From positions 62,001 to 126,000 of the forward strand of contig MCFE01000166.1 in assembly GCA_002104905.1 (NCBI GenBank): 64,000 nt of DNA. The letters are read 5' to 3'. The translations under genes were made by a program, and so were the position numbers. Position 1 is the first letter of the stretch. The number at the start of each line of letters is the position of its first letter. The notes under the pieces were generated by a model. That model saw only the letters and a list, made by a program, of their open reading frames with translations, was not told where the DNA came from and made no database searches. This DNA comes from Basidiobolus meristosporus CBS 931.73 (Eukaryota; Fungi; Basidiobolomycota). This document shows, one piece after another, positions 58,382-64,000 of the stretch.

Positions 58382-59517
58382 ATTTGGAGGTTTCTTACGA
58401 AGCAGTATTGTCTCATTCCATGCTCTTTTACCGGGCAGTGACGTCCAGTGTTCCACCAGTGACTAGCCAAATGGGAATATTCGCTCTGTAATCAACATGC
58501 CTAATGCAGTCGATAAAAATGGATGGATCTGCCTTCAATCAACACTTGGTTCTTTACGATCCGAGGTGGCCCAGCAAGGCAGGATGTGTCGGAGGGGATA
58601 GGTTCTCTACCCCAGCAGAGATGTGCCGGAAGGAACAGGCTCTCTAGTTCAACGGAAATACGCCGGGACAAATAGGACCTCTACTTGAACCGATGGCTGT
58701 GGCCAGTGACGGCCGAGTTAGGCCACCATAGATTCCCAGGCTTCTCACAGACTGGATATTGCTCTTCACCGATCTTAAATGGTGGCAGAATTGATCACGT
58801 TTGGGGCCGGACTTGCTGCTTGTAGAACCACTGCGATCAGGTGGATGATGAGATTGATTGGGGGCGGATCATACCCATCAAACTCAGATTAAAACTTAGC
58901 CCCCTTGCGCAATGGGAGCAGATACCGGAGTTGGCACCGTCAATGTGAAGCATTCAGCGAAGTTATTCACTCAGCTACGATCAAAATGATGAATTCCAAT
59001 GGTGCAAGATCTCTACCCCTAACCCTACCTGCTCGCCAATCCATTTCCTACCTGCCTCTGAGCTTGGGATCCGATACATGATCCAATGTTTGTGAACCAT
59101 GCTTAAGAAATATTCGGCGGTGGACCATTAATCATTTGAAATCCCAATTTGTGAAGCCTTCATCTTGTTGATTCACCCATCTACCAATTGCTACCGTGCA
59201 TGACCCCGGCCAATCACGTCCATGAATCTGAACAACGCACTACCACGCTGAAACTATAAAAGCTAGATCATTCCCTCCATTCAACATTTGATAAGACACT
59301 ACTACCTTTTCAACCCTTCTGTCACTACGCTGGTGTATTTTGTAGATTTTATTTCGATTATCCGAGTGTATTCCCTATTAGACCAATATTGAGGGAATAT
59401 TACTTCTTGTGCTACACCACTAGTTTTCCCTTTTGCTCAGCCATTTTCTTGAGGGGAAATCCATAGTTGCTACACAACCATTAAGCAGCGACCCTTCTAC
59501 GTGTATATCCTTGAGAC

Positions 59518-62175
59518 ATGCCTCTAAGCCCTGAAAGCTCGGTGGATTCCACCAACGAGGAAGTCAATTCTTCCGACGAATCTGATGAGGTACATGTTAA
59601 TTTGACAATTGACTATGCCATAGGTTGAGCCAAAAGCTCAACACGGGGCTAGTCTGGTACTTTCTTAAACTTCGAGCGACCACGGCCACCGTCAAAAACG
59701 ACCTGGCCGGTGCCCGGTTTTCACTGCTCCTTCCACGAATAACGTACCTGTGACAAAGCGCGGCTTCTAACGTAGTCACTCTTCGGATAAAATTTCTAGT
59801 CCTCCTGTGTCATATGTGGCGGTGAAGACGGAAGCAAGAAGAACGCCATTGTATTTTGCGACGGTGAAGGTTTTTTTCATTTTTCATACAAGCCCTATGC
59901 AACGTCTATTCTCCGCAACCCAACTCTCGAACCCGTTGCAAATCCATTGCCTAATCGATTTTGTTTTTCCACTTTTCCATTTATGAATTGCCCTGTGTAA
60001 CGTGAATAGGCTGCGATATTCCAGTCCATCAAAGTGAGTACGCATTTCATCGACGAATCGTCCTTGTGGACTAGTGAGTCGCGAGCGCATTTCTAATCGG
60101 TTCGATTTCCCTTGCATCAATCAATTCATGTGTAGAATGCTATGGGATTGATGTGGTGCCGCCCGGAAATCAAAAATGGTTCTGCCAACGTTGCGCTGAT
60201 AAAATACCCGTCGATCAAACGGTAAGTGAGTCCAAAGTCAGTATGATTGCAGCTATATATTTTGTGGTTACGACCCGTATTTATATCGACATCCGCTCCC
60301 AATCTGTAGATTCCGATCTGCTGCGACAAAACGGAAGGGGCATTCAAGAGAACCGACATCCCTGGGAGCTACATCCATGTCCTCTGTGCCAAATGGAACC
60401 CATCGATTGATAAGTCGAAGGAGCCTTGGTCCGTGTCGTCGCTCTTGCAGGAATCCCAGGTAATTAGTGGATGTCGATAGCTCGTAGGAGCCCAGCAAGC
60501 TAAGTCTTCGTTTCTGTAGGAATGCTACCTTTGTGAGAAATCATCCGGTATCTGTACTCAATGCAACTATTCCAAAACACTGGAAAACGGATCTATACGC
60601 AAATGCAAGCGGTTGGTGCTTTATACTAAACAGTAGGTCGCAATATGACGTACTAATCACGGCACCGTTGACTGCCAGTTGGTTCCACGTAACCTGTGCT
60701 GTGGACGCCGAGATTCTGGTGCTTAATGGAAATCAAGGCAGTAGTAAGCTTGGTCTGATGTGTCGCGAGCACAAAGAGGAACATCAAAAGAATCGCCGCA
60801 ACAACTTGAGGAAACGTAGCTCCATTTCAATTGTGACCCCCACCAAAAGAAGGCGGGTTGGTAATCAGACGGAGCAAGATAAGGAGGAAAGTGAATCGTC
60901 TGAGGAAGAGAATGTTGATGATGCCTGGCAAGATCAACAGGCGGCCAATGGAACAGTCAATCATGCATCCGGAGATGAATCCGAGAAATCAGACGCCGAG
61001 CTAGGCACCAATGGTAACAGCGATACAGAGGAAACCAAAGAAAAACCACGAAAGCCGTTTAGGAATACGCTACAGGAGATACTAAATGGAAAGCGCACCA
61101 CTTCATCCAACTCCGCCTCCTCCTCCTCCCAGTCAGTAAACGGACACAAGCATAGACAACCCAAGACAACTCCGAAAGGTATTGCCCGAAATATGAAAGC
61201 CAACGATTCCGAAGAGGTATACATTTTGTACTTGAGGATCAGCCAGACCACGCCACTAACATCAATCACAAGCCGAGCGACAATCAGCCGAGCAGCACGC
61301 AAACGTCATCTGGGGCTGTATCCAAGCCATCGCAACAAACGAATCCCAAATCGAAGTCACCTACCAAAGAATCCGCACTTCCACCACCAAGCGACTCGAA
61401 TGGAACAGTAATTAAGAAAGAACCGTCAGAACCAGCACGAGTGAAACCAGCAAATCAAGAGGACCTGGAGCTATTGACTTTCTGTGAAATGTATTTAGCC
61501 GATCAGCAGCCCCGACTAGCCACTCTAGAGAGCATATTGCACCGTACGTTGCTGCACCCACTTTCATACTCGTCAGACCATGTATATCCTTACCCGCTCC
61601 TCTTGTTTCCAGGGATGAAGAATGGCAACACACCAAGCCGGCCAGAGCCCAAATCCTCCCCGGTCACAAAAAAAGAACAGACGATGCAGCGTCCAAGATT
61701 CCCTGGGTTCACCCCCAGCGCGAACTCCTCCACCCAGACGCAGCCGGTCGAAAAGGCGGATCCCAAGCAGCCATCCCAAACGGAGCTGATGAAACAAGTG
61801 GAGGAGCTTCAACAGAAGCTGCAAGATACGGAGAACACGTTCGGCCGGTTCAAGTCCATTCAAACCAGCGAGACGCATCGACTACGCACCGATTGCGAGC
61901 ACCTATCGAAAGAGAATCATTTAATTAAGCAGCAATTGCAAGACATACGGAATGATTATCTGAAGTTGATGAACTCCTCTCGGAACCTGCGCAGCAATCT
62001 GGTCACGGTGTTCGAGTTCCTGAAGCTGCCCCACCAGAAAGGGCCGGTGGACTTGCAAACGGTCGACGACCGGGTTCGGGAGCTGGGGGACATCGTACGG
62101 AGAACGAACATCGATGAGAGAAAACGACGGGATGTGATCAGCAAAGTGCTGAAGGATGTAGATAATGCGAAATAA
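59518..62175 (+). CDS. PZP (PHD-Zn knuckle-PHD) chromatin protein with C-terminal coiled coil, AF10/BRPF-like, multi-exon
   Basis: Exons 59800-~59869, 60010-60033, 60136-60221, 60310-60459, 60520-60611, 60679-61216, 61273-62175 splice in phase to CVIC...FCDGEGCDIPVHQKCYG...WFCQRC...GAFKRTD...IHVLCA...CYLC...CTQC...WFHVTCA...CREH. First exon 59518-59589 is tentative. Confidence 0.85.
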
Positions 62176-62284
62176 ATCATCAAGTCATCTAATAGCAAAT
62201 AGCGTATTCTTTGGGAGGGGAGGTGCCGGACAACGCGCAAGACCTCCCAATTCCACACCATTGCACTGCTCTCCACCCACCCTC

Positions 62285-63355
62285 CAACGTACCGTACTGT
62301 ACCGTACCGAACCTCGCCAATGAGCTACTTCCACTGTGGACACCCAGTGGTACCGGTAGTCGATTTAGAGCCGGTGGCCAGTAATCCGAATAGCTCCTCG
62401 ACCCTCCCCCACCCCTTTCTCTCACCAGCCCTCTCCCCCCTCGGCCGCAAATATTTCAATAGAATCTACACGTACACGCACACCCACACCCATACCAAAA
62501 CGCCATCTCCGTACCGCATCTATTTATCGCGATCCAGCGAAACGTCATCGCATGAAATCCAATCTAATCCAACCCGATGTGTATATAAAAGTGGTAGGGG
62601 CCGAGGTTTCCTCCTACATCACGTTCACCACCCTATGCCAAGCCATGCCATGCTATGCCATGCCATCACGGGGATCTCATTGGTGGTGGGTGGGACCAAG
62701 GGAAGCCGACTTGACGTGGCTCATCAATGGACATCGACACCGGTGCCAACACCAACAACGGCATCGAGTTAAAGGCAGTGCCAGAGCGGGGACGGTAGCC
62801 GGTGTTGGTGTTGGTGCCGGAACCAAAAAAACCCCCCCCCATCCCTGACCCAATCCACCACGTGGCAGGGGCCCGTACGGAAGGTGGGCGGGCTAGATCT
62901 AAGGTCAAGGATTTATTTCTCGTACGGGAAGTACCGGGGTTTTCGGTTACTGGCAAACATGGTCAAACAAAATCGATGCGATGTGATTACCAAACTTCCA
63001 ACGATCACACGTGTCTAATTCCATTCCCCCTGGTTAGGTGAGGGGAGGGGAGGGGAGGGAAGGGAAGTGAAGGGGAGGTGATTGGGTGGTGAGCATTGGA
63101 AGGGGTGGTGGTGGTGGTGAGGGTGAGGGTGAGGATGAAAGGTTTTGTTGGGATTTTCAGTCAATTAGTTGATTGCGATAGTACATGGTTTTGTAGGGCG
63201 GCCCGGTGAAGATTTCAAGGGTATTGCCTCGTATGGCTTGTTGGGGGGTGAAAAACAACTGGATGACAAGATATACACGAAGGTGGTCAAGTAGGGTGCT
63301 CTCCTGGGTGGAGATGTTGAGTGGGGGGTGGGGAGGGGGGAGTGAGGGGTAGGCA
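62285..63355. repeat. Simple-repeat-rich convergent intergenic region
   Basis: (GTACC)n ~62290, (CACACC)n ~62480, (GCCAT)n ~62640, (GGGGA)n ~63045, (GGT)n/(GAGGGT)n ~63105, G-runs ~63320. Confidence 0.7.
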
Positions 63356-63362
63356 CGTCGCC

Positions 63363-64000
63363 CTATTTGGGGAAATAGGATGCGGTGGTCACCAGCAGGT
63401 TCAGAGAGTCCTTGGGTGTTTTGAAGATGTCCTCGTCTTGGCAGGGACTCTGCACCGAATGGATCTCCAATGAGCTGGTCAGCGGTGGGCCAGGGGGTGG
63501 TGAGTTCTCCAATGGCGAGTAGCGTGGGGTGACGGGAGTGTTTGGCCTGGGGCTGCTCAGCATCATGATCGTCTCGGCCGCCTCGAATGCCGGGGAGGTT
63601 GACCGGGACCGAAGCGGGGATGGGTTGGCCAGGCTTTCCGACACCTTGTCGAAACCGGGCGCAACCGACGGGGAGAAATCGGGCTTCAAGGGAATGTATT
63701 GCGCATCGAGCACGGCGGGATTGCGTGGAAGCAGGGGACGGGGCGGTGTGATGAATTCGAATGGGTTGGTGCCGAAGGCGTCCCCCGGGATCGACCTACC
63801 GAAAGGGTTGAAGTTCTCCTTCTCCACCTCCTCGCGAGTGGATTTGGGGGAGAACTTGACCAGGGATCCCTTTAGAGCCTTACGATTCAATTTGCAACCC
63901 AAATTGGACCCCACCTGACCCTTGGAATACTGAATGTTGGTGCTGGAGTTGAATGTGGGTCTTGGCGTCAGAGGTCTGCTGGGCTTCACTTCCCCAGAAG
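63363..64000 (-). CDS. 3' end of a Pro/Ser-rich protein extending past the window, possibly a transcriptional regulator
   Basis: Frame open from the window edge to the stop at 63363; short helical motifs FEAAETIMMLSS and LNLLVTTAS within low-complexity sequence; no domain recognised. Confidence 0.6.
   Translation of the reverse strand, partial: SGEVKPSRPLTPRPTFNSSTNIQYSKGQVGSNLGCKLNRKALKGSLVKFSPKSTREEVEKENFNPFGRSIPGDAFGTNPFEFITPPRPLLPRNPAVLDAQYIPLKPDFSPSVAPGFDKVSESLANPSPLRSRSTSPAFEAAETIMMLSSPRPNTPVTPRYSPLENSPPPGPPLTSSLEIHSVQSPCQDEDIFKTPKDSLNLLVTTASYFPK

Noticed and set aside
60533-60678. ORF-track N-terminus MRNHPVSVLN of the 292-aa ORF
   Set aside because: Wrong frame and partly intronic; the spliced frame supplies the PHD cysteines.
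61544-61612. 69-bp stop-free 3n intron as regulated intron retention
   Set aside because: Donor and acceptor are plausible, but sequence alone cannot show whether it is spliced.
62320-63041. Several 80-150 aa ORFs between the last two genes
   Set aside because: Translations are dominated by microsatellites in overlapping frames on both strands, with no domain signal.
1-64000. tRNA, rRNA, CRISPR, prophage or giant-virus genes
   Set aside because: No cloverleaf, rRNA motif, repeat-spacer array or viral hallmark was recognised; very divergent ones could be missed by eye.

Overview
Eukaryotic genomic DNA with fungal-type genes (short introns, GTAAGT/CTAAC/YAG signals); the species cannot be determined from sequence. 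Bases 1 to ~53.65 kb are a block of nested transposons almost devoid of CpG: three Ty3/Gypsy families, Ty1/Copia elements and solo LTRs, a CACTA-like (Transposase_21) family with a divergent accessory gene, and a two-gene PHIS (Harbinger-related, DDE_Tnp_4) DNA transposon present as two full-length copies with open ORFs plus four remnants. From ~53.7 kb CpG becomes common and five host genes follow: an SLC25 carrier with a 10-bp microexon, a PP1 inhibitor-2-like gene missed by the ORF track, a TIS11-type tandem CCCH protein, an AF10-like PZP plus coiled-coil protein, and the last exon of a gene running off the window. The strongest candidate for an undescribed system is the PHIS element. Its transposase ORF has 1-2 CpGs in ~890 bp, while its promoter, the middle of its accessory gene and its right end are CpG islands, which suggests element-encoded local protection from methylation (hypothesis only). 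All family calls come from motif recognition by eye; no searches or alignments were run, and boundaries of degraded remnants are approximate.
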